A stretch of 63,939 nucleotides of DNA, counting the filler, from Chiloscyllium plagiosum (lineage: Eukaryota): NCBI RefSeq assembly GCF_004010195.1. It is 4 parts of one record of this genome, joined end to end, with 100 filler letters (N's around TTAATTAATTAA, not from the genome) between each part and the next. Parts side by side here need not be neighbours in the genome. Positions count along the whole stretch, not along the records: positions 1 to 30,662 come from NC_057710.1; positions 30,763 to 50,188 come from NC_057710.1; 2 more parts are not named here. One strand, 5' to 3'. Below, piece by piece: positions 24,579 to 36,120 of this stretch. The first letter of the stretch is position 1, and each line of letters starts with the position of its first letter. The notes under the pieces are model-generated. The model saw only the letters and a program-made list of their open reading frames with translations, searched no databases and was not told the origin of the DNA. The translations under genes and the position numbers were made by a program.

Positions 24579-25412
24579 TAAGGCGTTCAACAAGGTTCCC
24601 CATGGGAAACTGATTAGCAAGGTTAGATCTCAAAGGTAGAAGACAGAGGGTGGTGGTGGAGGGTTGTTTTTCAGACTGGAGGCCTGTGACCAATGGAGTG
24701 TCACAAGGATCGGTGTTGGGCCCTCTACTTTTTGTCATTTACATAAATGATTTGGATGCGAACATAAGAGATACAGTTAGTAAGTTTGCAGATGACACCA
24801 AAATTGGAGGTGTAGTGGACAGCGAAGGGGGATACCTCAGAGTACAACAGGATCTGGACCAGATGGGCCAATGGGCTGAGAAGTGGCAGATGGAGTTTAA
24901 TTCAGATAAATGCGAGGTGCTGCATTTTGGGAAAGCAAATCTTAGCAGGACTTATACACTTAATGGTAAGNNNNNNNNNNNNNNNNNNNNNNNNNNNNNN
25001 NNNNNNNNNNNNNNNNNNNNNNNNNNNNNNNNNNNNNNNNNNNNNNNNNNNNNNNNNNNNNNNNNNNNNNNNNNNNNNNNNNNNNNNNNNNNNNNNNNNN
25101 NNNNNNNNNNNNNNNNNNNNNNNNNNNNNNNNNNNNNNNNNNNNNNNNNNNNNNNNNNNNNNNNNNNNNNNNNNNNNNNNNNNNNNNNNNNNNNNNNNNN
25201 NNNNNNNNNNNNNNNNAGGATGTGGTGGAGGCTGGTACAATTGCAACATTTAAGAGGCATTTGGATGGGTACATGAATAGGAAGGGTTTGGAGGGATATG
25301 GGCCGGGTGCTGGCAGGTGGGACTAGATTGGGTTGGGATGTCTGGTCGGCATGGTCCGGTTGGACCGAAGGGTCTGTTTCCATTCTGTACATCTCTATGA
25401 CTCTATGACTCT
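24579..25412 (+). mobile_element. CR1 LINE RT and 3' end spanning an N gap
   Basis: [29 protein letters not shown]; tail ctctatgactctatgactct. Confidence 0.95.
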
Positions 25413-25983
25413 AAGGGTGATTTTTCATTTCTGCAATTAAGAAAATACAATAAGCTGCTCATCTAAAGTTGTGCCAGAATCATCATTGACTGGGAGTCGG
25501 TGAATGTTCCAGTATTGTTGCAGTCCTCACCTACTTACTTCCCCACCCTCACCATAACACAGTGACAACAGATTGATTTTGCAATGAATAATCCCAGTCA
25601 CTGTGGATAGTCTGGCATTGTTGCTTCCTCCCTCTAGGTTTCTTTCTCTCTCACTTCACTCATTCAAACCCATCCAACAAAAAGTTTGTCCAATGTTCCC
25701 GAGAATGTTTTAAACAGCCTATTTACAAAACAGCTCAGGGTTAGAATATGTAGGAATAAGGAAAGCACCTTCTGGGAGATGGAGTTTGCAGATTTACAGA
25801 GGACAGTGCAAATTTGCCATTGCATTGTCACTTGTTAGTGACTGGGCTTATTTAGCAATCATCGGGGACCTGACCTACATCTTTGACAGAGATTGTGCTG
25901 CCACAGTCAATTTTTAAAAAGCTGGAGGTGGCTTTATTGGAACAAGATGCCAATGTTTGAAGGTGAACAGTAGAGGAGCATCA

Positions 25984-26143
25984 TTCTGGATTAGTGATGC
26001 TGGAAAAGCACAGCAGTTCAGGCAGCATCCGAGGAGCAATAAAATCAACATTTCGGGCAAAAGCCCTTCGGCTTTTGCTGTGCTTTTCCAGCACCACTAA
26101 TCCAGAATCTGGTTTCCAGCATCTGCAGTCATTGTTTTTACCT
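25984..26143. mobile_element. Penelope-derived mini-element with inverted arms and a perfect 15-bp TSD
   Basis: ttctggattagtgatgctggaaaagcacagca ... tgctgtgcttttccagcaccactaatccagaa; agtagaggagcatca at 25969-25983 and 26144-26158. Confidence 0.85.
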
Positions 26144-26582
26144 AGTAGAGGAGCATCAACAAAACATTTGAACTTTAAATGGTGGTGGGTACTGGGAGTG
26201 ATTTGCGGGAAACTGTGGCAGGCTGTTGCTTGTGGGGAATATGTGAATGTGAGGTGAACACATTCCAGGTACAAAAGGGATGTGGCTGCTGGAAACAGGG
26301 GCTTAAAGCCAGATATTACAGCCAATTCATTAATGTGAATCACGCTTGAAACAGAAAAGAAAGGTTCAGGTGGAATCAGAAAGAACAAAAGGGTGTGTAT
26401 TTGGCACATAGCACCCACAGCAGTGGAAGCTCCAGAGTGATCTTATCGAACTGGTGCCCTTTAACATCTTCCGCCGTGTTCTCCCAGTGCTCAATTAACA
26501 GACTGGAGGACAGACGGGTATCCTAACCATATCCAAATGAGTATCTTGGCAGACAGATACATATGAAGGGAAAACCTGGTTT

Positions 26583-28770
26583 AGACCATAAGACATAGAT
26601 CATTCAGCCCTTAAAATCTATTCCACCACTCAATGAGATCATGGCTGATATGACAGATTTCAGCTCCAGTTTCCAGCCTTTACACCATCCCCCCGTACCC
26701 CCCCCCCCAACCCCACCCCAACCATAACCCTTGATTCTCTTACTGATTAAAAACCAGCCTTGAATATAATGTTTTATGTATAATATTATCTGTACTAATT
26801 GTGACATCACTTGTCCCATCCTGCCAACCAGACATTATTAGCAATGGTAGGGAATCTGACCTATTCCTATTTGTACACTCTCTGTTTTCTGTCAGCCCGC
26901 CAATCTTCTAACCACACTAACCCTCTATACCGTGACCTATTACTTTTCACAATAACCTTTAATGTGGCATCTTGTCAAATGCCTTCTGGAAATCAAAGTA
27001 CAATGTAACTACCAACTCCCTCTATCCATAATAAATATTAATGCTTCAAAGAACTCTGGTAACTTGGTTAAACATGATTTTCCTTTTCATGAAACCATGC
27101 TGATTCTTCAAAATTACCTTGAGCTTTTCCAAATGCACAATAACCTCTTTAAAGATTGATTTTGACACTTTTCCCATGAACGACATCAAGCTAACCAGCC
27201 TATAGTTTTCTGTTTGCTTTCCATCCAGAATAGAAGGGTTATTTTTTGCTACCTTCCAACCTGATGGAGCTTTTCATGAATCTAGGGATTTTTGGAAAAT
27301 ATCCATCTTCTCAAAGTATGTACTATTTCTTAGCCACCTCCTTTAAATTCTGGATGAAGGCCAAAACTTGTCAGCTGGCAGCTGCATCATTCTGCTCATT
27401 TCTGCTTCTCTGAGATTATAATTTCACCAAATTCCTCCATCCCTTCCATCTCCTACTTTACAGCTATTATTGAAATTTTTTTTTGTATCCTTTATAGTGA
27501 AAATGGAAGTAAAATTTGTTGTTTATTTGATCTGCCATTTCCTTGTTCTCTACTATTCTACATTTTCAATCTCTTGGTGACAAATACATTTACTTAGTCT
27601 TTTCCCATTTAAGTATTGATGCAACTCTTGCTATCTGTTTTTACATTTCTAGCTTCCCCTCTACTTTAATTATTTTCCTCCTGATGAACCTTTTATTAAT
27701 TTTTTGTTGCTGTTTATATTCTAACAAACCATCTGATCTGTTAGTCATGTTTGCGTAGTTATCAGATTTTTTTCTTAAGTTTGATGCTTTCCATAACTTT
27801 TTGAGTTAACAACAGATGATGGTCCTCCCTTAAGAAATTTTCATTATAGTTGGAACATACTTATTCTAAATAACATATCTGCCATTACATTGATATTGAT
27901 CTATCCACCAGTCTGATATGCCAGTTCACACCAGCTAGCTCATCTTTCATACTCACCTAGTTACAGCTGATTAAGTTAAAAATCTAGCCTTAGAGCCAAT
28001 CTTCTACCTTTCCATCTGGATATAAAATCTAATCATATTGTCACCATTGCTACCTAGGGGTGACTTTAATCTCACGTCAAAAAACAAACAACAATACAGC
28101 ACTGGAACCAGCCCTTTGGCCCTCCAAGCCTGCGTCGTAACACATTTTGCCCTCCGTACTAAAACTGTCTTCACTTACTGGATCCGTATCCCTCTATTCC
28201 CTTCCTATTCATTTATTTGTTCAGGTGTTTGTTGAATGCTGCTGTTGTGTCTGCTTTCACTATCTCTTCTGGTAGCACATTCCAGGCACTCACCACCCTT
28301 TGTGTGCCTCACATATCAGGTCATTCATCCAATTCATATAATTGGTGTGCAGTATCAAGTCGAATATAACCTGCTGTCTGGTCATTTTAGTATGTGCTAT
28401 TCTAAGAGAATCATAAACATTGTGTGAATTCCTAATTCAGGCACCTACATTGTAGCTACTGTTCGAGGCCCTGTAGATCACTCCCACTAGTGACTTTTTC
28501 TCCTTACTCTTCCTCAACTCCACCCAAATTAATTCTACATCCTAATCTTCTGAACCAAGATCATTTCTAACAATTGCACCAAAACCATCCTTGATTACCA
28601 CTGCTACCATTCCACCTTTGATTAAAATCCTTGTTTTTCTTCAAAGTCAGGTACCTCTTATTATTCAGAATCCAATCCTTGTCATTCTGCAGGCATATCT
28701 CCCTCATCGCTAGCAGATCACATTCAATGACTTCCATGTGCTTGATCAATTTGTTTCATGTTTTTGTGAA
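26583..28770 (-). mobile_element. Very old CR1 LINE with internal deletions and a nested CR1 tail at about 28083-28310
   Basis: agaccataagacatag tail; degenerate DFQKAFDK, QHGFMK and endonuclease remnants. Confidence 0.65.
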
Positions 28771-29628
28771 TGCTGCATGTATGATCCATCAGACATCACA
28801 GTGGTGGGCCAGGCTTGATGCTCCAACTTCTATTTTACTTCCTAGCAATTAAATATGTTTCCTCGATTTGAGAAAAGGAGAATGAGAAATTTAGCCAATA
28901 TCTGAGTGTCTCGCAATCTTTGCAGACCTGTTGGATTTTCCATCTGCAAGGATTTCAGGTTTGCAGGATTTGGTTACCTCATTGCAATGGAAAGCTTCAA
29001 AGTACATCTTTTAGCTTACGCCTTGCCTGTCATAACAAAAAGGATTCCAAATATTATCACAGGTCTGAAGTCTTCAATTGTGTTCAGTATGTAATTTCAG
29101 TGTTGCTCAAAAGGGTTTAAGCATGTTTAAATAAACACAACTGGAGCCTATATAATAGAAAGGATGATCTATAAAGGCCCACCTATGGGGAGTGCAGCAC
29201 TTTTCCCAAAGGCATAACTATAAACATATATAATTAACAGCTTGAACTAAATTGGTTTATCGAAAAGTTAATCACTGAGCAAATTAACATTTATTCACAG
29301 TTAACCATACCTGGCTGAGCAAGGAACTCCTGTTCAAAGCTTCGGAAGAAAAAGAAAAAACAAAACTGCATGCTTATGTTTTTGAAACCCACCTGCTTTT
29401 ATTCCTTGAAATATAATAGTTTAAGACCCACACAATTATTCATTTTTGGAGATATAGGTATCATTTGCAATTGGATAATGCTTTCAGCATGAAGGGATAG
29501 AGCAGCAATTAGCTTGCGACAGAGGCAAATATCTCAGCACAAAAGAGGAAAACTCGTTGAGGAAGGTGAAATGGCAAATGGTGGGGGAGGGAGGAGGTTG
29601 GAATGCTGATGCAGAGCAGTAAATGGAC

Positions 29629-29662
29629 ATCCTGATGAAGGGCTTTTGCCCGAAACGTCGAT
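29629..29662 (+). ncRNA. Minimal type I hammerhead ribozyme motif, intact core, in a Penelope pseudo-LTR (29630-29757)
   Basis: ATC-CTGATGA-A-GGGC-tttt-GCCC-GAAA-CGTC-GAT. Confidence 0.82.
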
Positions 29663-30052
29663 TTTCTTGCTCCTTGGATGCTGCCTGACCTGCTGTGCTT
29701 TTCCAGCACCACTCTAATCTAGAATCTGGTTTCCAGAATCTGCAGTCCTTTTACCTATGCTTGTGAAGCCCAGAGCAAATTCGGGGACTTGCCTTATCTT
29801 CTAAGGTTCACTCACAGTGTCTCTACTTCATTGAATTCAGTCATGAACGACTCTGTAAAGTGAGGACCTTTTGAAGTCCTATTCAATATTCCTTTAGGTT
29901 CATTTTTGCTGTTTGTTTGAAATGATTGGGGCAGATCACGAGATATTATCTCTAACAACTTATGACCTGACATTATGACATTGTGGTGAAATGCTGCAAA
30001 TGTGCAAGTTGCTTTACCCCTTTTCATTGACTAATCTGCAGCTGCTTATATT

Positions 30053-30300
30053 AGAGTAGATTAGATTCCCTAGAGTGTGGAAACAAGCCCTATGGCCCAA
30101 CCAGTCCACACCGACCCTCTGAAGAATAACCCACCCAGATGCATTTCCCTCTCACTAATGCACCTAACAATTGAGCATGGCCAATTCACCTGACCTGCAC
30201 ATCTTTGGATTATGGGAGGAAACCGGAGCACTCAGAGGAAACCCATGCAGACACAGGGAAAATGTGCAAACTCCATGCAGACATTCGCCCGAGGCTGGAT
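30053..30300 (-). mobile_element. HE1-type V-SINE lacking its 5' head
   Basis: V-domain core and tagattagattccc tail. Confidence 0.85.
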
Positions 30301-30384
30301 CAGCATTGAGAAATGCAAAATGTCTTCTTAGGATACTTGGAGTTGGGGACCATTGTTTGTTTAGGGATGACACTAATATGAGTG

Positions 30385-30662
30385 TCTGGATTAGTGGTGC
30401 TGGAAGAGCACAGCAGTTCAGGCAGCATCCGAGGAGCAGTAAAATTGACGTTTCGGGCAAAAGCCCTTCATCTGGAATAAAGGCAGAGAGCCTAATGCGT
30501 GGAGAGATAAGCTAAAGGAGGGTAGGGGTGGGGAGAAAATGGCATAGAGTACAGTGGGTGAGTGGGGGAGGGGATGAAGGTGATAGGTCAGGGAGGAGGG
30601 TGGAGTGGATAGATGGAAAAGAAGATAGGCAGGTAGGACAAGTCATGGGGACAGTGCTGAGC
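30385..30662 (-). mobile_element. Penelope pseudo-LTR running into the gap; hammerhead core mutated (CAGATGA)
   Basis: Minus strand ttccagatgaagggcttttgcccgaaacgtc plus the purine-rich tract seen at 56200-56400. Confidence 0.82.
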
Positions 30663-30762
30663 NNNNNNNNNNNNNNNNNNNNNNNNNNNNNNNNNNNNNN
30701 NNNNNNTTAATTAATTAANNNNNNNNNNNNNNNNNNNNNNNNNNNNNNNNNNNNNNNNNNNN

Positions 30763-31155
30763 AGTAGGCTCGTAATATCCGCAAACAGACAGATCCCGTA
30801 CAGTAAAAGCATCAAAGGCCGGGGCAGAGGAGAGGTCCTCTGGCATGGCACACATTGTCCCGAACATGCCACCCCCCAAGTCCATCGCCTCAGCACGCCG
30901 GAGGCAGGTCGGCCGCGGGTCGCGCTCCGACGTGCAGAATAAACAGAGTGTCTGTACGCCTGGGAGGACCTCCAGCCAGGCATTGTAGAACGCATCGATC
31001 TCGTCGGGCTTGTCCCTTGCAGGAATACAGATGGCGTCGGACGGGTTGAAGGCAACACTGTGGCGGTAGAAGTTGTCATGTATCTCGGGGAAAGAAAGCA
31101 TTAGTCGTAGGACGAAGAGGAGAGCAGGGAGGAGAGCAGTGCACCGGTGAAGCAT
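30763..31155 (-). CDS. env: Probable Env N-terminus (signal peptide plus start of SU), open up to the gap
   Basis: MLHRCTALLPALLFVLRLMLS hydrophobic leader 3 nt after a strong splice acceptor; CLFC (CXXC) at 30934-30945; lies directly after pol. Confidence 0.75.
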
Positions 31156-31158
31156 GAT

Positions 31159-31280
31159 CTGTGGGAAGAGAGGGAGAGAGAGAGAGGGGCACCCTTACCA
31201 AGGGTTAGTGTGTGTAGGAGCAGGCCCCCCTGGACCAGTCCACCCGTCGCGCTGTAAGGAGAAAAAGGAGGCGGTTAGAG
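31159..31280 (-). promoter_or_regulatory. Splice-signal cluster: acceptor 1 (31252-31254), donor (31193-31198), acceptor 2 (31159-31161)
   Basis: CTCTAAC..CTCCTTTTTCTCCTTACAG|; TTG|GTAAGG; CACTAAC..(CT)n-TTCCCACAG|ATCATG. Confidence 0.75.
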
Positions 31281-31321
31281 TCAAGTCAAAGGGGGGGGGG
31301 GGGTGTCTGTCCGTTCGGGGC

Positions 31322-34300
31322 TTAAGGGAAGGGTTTAAGCTGGGACCAGTGTTTCCATCTGTCCTTTCCTTTCATGTCGACACAGGCGCAGGTGTCGCTG
31401 GTGAGGATGATTTAGTGCGGTCCCAGCCACCGGGGGCAGCCCTGACCAGGACTTTGTCCCCAATGCCGGGAAGGGGTTGGGCGGGCAGATGCGGTTGCAG
31501 TTTTGGTCTGGTCCCTAATGTCCTGCTGGTCGCGCACAGTTTGTCTAAAGGCCCGCAGCTGCGTGTCCAGCTGCTTGATATAGCGCGTCACCCTGTCCCT
31601 CAGGGGGGCCATGTCTTCTCCCCCGTCCATGACGTTCTCTGGTAGTCGGATGGCCCTCCCCGTCATGAGCTTGAAGGGAGTGAGGCCAGTGGAGCAGCCT
31701 GGGGTGGCCCTTAAGCATCAGTATGCAGGGCAGAACGTCCACCCAGCCCTGCCCTGTATCGGCGATCGCCTTCATGATCGCCGCTTTGAGGGTCCGGTTC
31801 ATGCGCTCGACTATCCCGGAGCTCTGGGGATGGAACGGGACATGGAAGCGCTGTCTGATGCCTAGGAGGCGGCAGGCCAGGTGAAGTGCGTGCCCTGGTC
31901 CGAATCAATCTGGAGGGGGACCCCCCAGCGCGGGAAGATGTCGAAGGCCAGCACTCTGGCCATGGTGGCGAATGTACAGTCCCGTGTAGGGAAGGCTTCT
32001 ACCCAGCGCGTGAAATGGTCAACAATCACCAGGCAATACGTCTTGCCACGGCTGGAGGGTAGGGGGCCTGTGAAATCAGCGGCTTTTGCCGGGGGCGCTG
32101 TAGCGGCCGCGTGTGTAATAGCGCCTGTGAAATCAACCTGGAGGTTCTCCCAGGGCCTCTTGGGCCGTGGCTGGTGCGCCAGGGGAATGCGCAGGGGCCG
32201 CCCCGGGTTGTGCTGGGCGCAGACAATGCATTGGCGGCAGTGTTTGGCCACGTCGCGGCCGAGGCTGGGCCACCACCAGTCGGTCTGGAGTCTAGCAAGC
32301 GTTCCGTCGCGGCCCGCGTGGTCTGGCTCGTGGTGTAGTTGCATCAAGATCATTCTGTTGGCCGCGGGGGCCACGACCCTGCGGCCGTGCCGCCACACCA
32401 CATCAGGGCCGCGTGCTGCACCCTTTGCCAGCCAGTCCTCCAACTCTCCGGGCTATGCGCAATTCTGGACGTCCAGGACGTTCACGTCCCGGACCTCAGT
32501 AGCCGGTGCTGCATACGCGGACCCGCGGCGGCCTTGGCGGCCAGGTCGGCCCAATGATTCCCTAGCTGTTCAGCGTTGGTAGCTCGCTGGTGTGCTTTGA
32601 TTTTCAGCACTGCGGCGAGCAGGGGGAGGCGTGCGGTCGCCACCAGGGTAAACCGTATTTTCGCGTTTAATCTGACCACCGCCGGCCGTGATAAAGCCCC
32701 AGCGACTCCATGCTGCCATGTAATCATGGACTACCCCGAAAGCGTACCGGCTGTCGGTAAAGATGTTTACCTGCTTGCCTGCTCCCAGGCGGAGTGCGGC
32801 GGTGAGGGCGACCAGCTCCGCGACCTGGGCGGAGGTGTCGCACCCCCCATCATTCCCTGTGCTCGGGTGGTCCCGGTATGGTTGACCACCGCCCATCCCA
32901 TTTGGTAGGACCCCTCGACAAGCCTTCGTGAGCCGTCCACATACAAGGTCAGGTCGGGATCAGGGACTGGGCTGTCGGCCCCTCCGCTGAGTCGATGGCG
33001 GCCTGGCAATGGTGGGGTTCCCCTACCGCGATAATCCCGTCGGCGGGGTTTGGCCCTGTGTCCCTAATGATCTGAATGGACTGGTCCCGGGGGAGGAGAA
33101 CAGCCTCCCAAGTTGCCCTGCGGGCATCCGAGACCGTCCGGAGGCGGCCCGTATTCAGGAGTTTGACTATCGTGTGTAAAATTATCTGGCCGGACATGGT
33201 GACCGGCTCACACACCCGGACCGCCCATGCGGCGCAATCCAGCGCCGCCACGCAGCGGTGCATGCCCTTTACGACCGGGGACTCCTTTGTGGAGTAGTAA
33301 CCCACTTGTCTCATGTGGTCGCCTGAGGTTTGGGTGACAACAGCTCTGTAAAACCACACTTCGAGGCCGTAAAAGATGTGGAAGGGCTTCGATAGGTCGG
33401 GGAGGCACAGGGCCGGGGCGCTGAGGAGATGGGACTTTAACTTAGAATAAGCGTCATCCTGTTCATGTCCCCATGCCACCCTCTCCGCTCCTGGACTGCC
33501 CCCCTTCACTAGGTGCTGAATGGGTTCGGCGATAGTGGCAAAATGTGCAATGAAAGAGCGGCAGTAGTTAAAAAGCCCCAAGACGCGGCGGATTCCCCTG
33601 ACTGTGTCCGGCCGCGGTATGTCGGCAATGGCTGACTTACGGTCGAGGGCTGTGCAGGTAGGGTCTTGCTTTCCTGGCCGATGTCGTGTCCCAGGTACCG
33701 GACTTTAGCCAGTCCGACCTGGGCCTTCCTGGGGTTTATTTTGAATCCTGCCCGGCCGAGGGTCCGCAGGACGGCGGCCAGGGCTCACAGGTGGTGGCAC
33801 GCGTCCGTGGACGCGATCAAAAGGTCATCTACATACTGTAGGAGGGTGCTCGAGAAGGGGGAGAGGTCGCACCCCTCCAGGGTCCGGCTCATGACCCTGT
33901 GGAAAATGTTAGGGCTGTTGTGGAAGCCCTGCGGCAGGCGGCTCCATGAATACTGTCTGTCCCGCAGCGTGAAGGCAAACTTGTCCTCTGAGTCACGGTG
34001 CAGGGGAATGGACAAAAGCCATTCGCCACGTCCAGGACCGTAAAGATCCGGTGTGAGGGTTCGAGGCCGTTGAAGATGGTGGTCGGGCTGGCTACGATAG
34101 GGTGCTCTCTGGGGGTGACCCTATTGAGTGCCGTGTAGTCGATGGTGAGCCTGTAGTTCCCATCCGGTTTCCGGACTGGCCATATAGGGGTGTTGGTGGT
34201 GGACGCTGTGGGGCGCAGGATGCCGTGCCGGGTGAGCTTGGCAAAGATTGCCTCAGTGGTGCGCAGCGCCTCAGGTTTAATCGGGTATTGTCGGTGCGGG

Positions 34301-34895
34301 GCGTGTATGGGACCGGGTATCCGCTCAGGAGGGGTGCGGACGAGGCCACAGTCCTGCTTGCTCGCGGCCCACACCTCCGGGATTAGTTGGCAGACGGCCC
34401 CGAAGGCACCGTCCTTGGCCCAGTCTCGGGCGATGGGCACACTGGGGGCAAGCGCAGCGACGGATTTAGTGGGCACCCATCCACCCTCGTGGGCGGTCTT
34501 GTGAAATTTGCGGGATGTCCACAGGAGGCGGCGGTGGAACACGTCCACCACCGCCCCCAGCTCGCCCAGGAGGTTGATACCCATAATCGTTATCTCCGAG
34601 TTTGGGCAAACCCAGAAATGCACGGGGAGTAAAATGTTGTCTACCTCTAGGAGGACGGCCTCGCTTCGGCGTGCAATAACCGTGGAACACGTCCACCACC
34701 GCCCCCAGCTCGCCCAGGAGGTCGATACCCATAATCGTTATCTCCGAGTTTGGGCAAACCCAGAAATGCATGGGGAGTAAAATGTTGTCTACCTCTAGGA
34801 GGACGGCCTCGCTTCGGCGTGCAATAACCGAGCTTCCCCCAACCCCTTTAATGGAAATGGAGTGGTAGGTTGAGGGAAGGTCGAGGTCGGCTTGT
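31322..34895 (-). pseudogene. pol: Retroviral pro-pol with frameshifts, stops and deletions
   Basis: SISIKGVGG..IMGIDLL (protease C-half); NTPIWPVRKPDG, LPQGFHNSP, QYVDDLL (33824-33835); RNase H YVDGS..SAQVAEL..FTDSRY..GNHWAD; integrase HHEPDH..CIVC, LQVDF, DSDQGTHF, SSGIVERMN, PRWLGPH; stop at 31322-31324. Confidence 0.97.
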
Positions 34896-34899
34896 CTGG

Positions 34900-36120
34900 G
34901 GCGATCCTGGTCGTGGGGGCGCGAGGAGTGCAGCTGTGAAGGTGGCTGGCCCCCCCCTTCGGACCCGGACCCCAGGGGCGTCGGAAAGAGAGCGGGCATT
35001 GGGCTTGGCGGTGCCCCGTCCGTTTGCAGCAGAAGCAAATGTCCGGTTCGTCCGTCGAAACTGCCGCAACGGCGGGCGCCGCTTGGTTGTCAAGGGACAT
35101 GGCCCAGTTCTCAAGCTCCGCAAAGGTGACATAGGGCACCAGGCCTGTCTGTAGGACTGCCTGGTGTGCAGGGCTCAGGCCGTCTTTGTATAATTGGACG
35201 AATGTGGGGTTGTGCCTATCAGCGTCAGGAACCCCGCTGTGCGCTCGGAATGCCTCAAACTTACGGACCCCATATTCCTCGGCACCCTCCCCAGGTTTCT
35301 AAGTTATACCCACAATGGCGTTCCAGTTGACCGGTGTATGGCCGAGCACCTCGCTGACCTCAGCCTTGAAGTCGGCGAGGGCAACCTCCTGTTCGCGACG
35401 GTTGCCGCTGAGGTCAGCGCACCAGGACCCATTCTGGTGTGTGGGCTGTAGCCTGGACCACAGATTCTCCAGGAGTTTGGTCCGGACCAGGCCGGCCACG
35501 TCCCTATTGTGAAAGTTGTGGCAGATCTGCATCTCCCTAAGCCTCTGCCAAAATTTAGCGTTAAGGGCGGGGAGCCTGTCCAGAAGTTTCATGGTGTTGC
35601 CCGGGGTCAGGGAGACGTAGGTCATCTTAAGGCGGGAGTTATGGGCAAGGGTCGTGGCCCGTCCCCTCTCCCCTCCCCTGGGGGTATATTCAACTTTTAC
35701 CGGGGCTGCACGGGCATAGCCCGTGCGCGATTCCCGGGAGTCCGGATTGTCTGTGAGCCCCTCCCAGTCCCAGGTGGGGGACAGCAGGGCACTGGGCGCA
35801 TCGGATAAGGTCGGTAAAACCGTACGGGCAGCAAGCGCCTGGGCTTCTCGGTGCTCTGTGGCCTGCTTTTTCTTTGCTTGGACATAAAGCTGAACCTTGC
35901 CAGCAAGCCTAATATGTGCCTGTAGCACCAGGACGCAAGCTTTCTCGTACCTATCTGTCTTCTGGCGGGCCCACCACTCGCGCTGTACATCCAGCGGGTC
36001 AGCAGGTAGCCAGCCTGAGCGAAGCATAGCCTTAATAACATTTTTATTCTCATCGGCTATAAAACGGGTAAGGGAACCCTCCGGCCCAATCTAGGTCTTC
36101 AGCCGTGCTTCCACCCATGG
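34900..36120 (-). pseudogene. gag: Retroviral gag with in-frame stops at 36091-36093 and 35299-35301
   Basis: ORFs 35299-36027 and 34795-35139 share a frame; MHR-like IT*KPGEGAEEYGVRKF; CX2CX4HX4C knuckle CFCCKRTGHRQAQC at 34996-35037; start codon uncertain. Confidence 0.88.

Noticed and set aside
24902..25392. Long ORFs spanning N gaps (also 46197-46842)
   Set aside because: Length comes from runs of X
28840..29120. Apparent splice acceptor ttttacttcctag and short ORFs
   Set aside because: All three frames stop shortly after the acceptor; no coherent coding exon
30707..30718. TTAATTAATTAA inside N-runs (also 50233-50244 and 60871-60882)
   Set aside because: Identical 44N+12+44N layout three times; an artificial all-frame stop linker, so adjacency across these gaps is unverified
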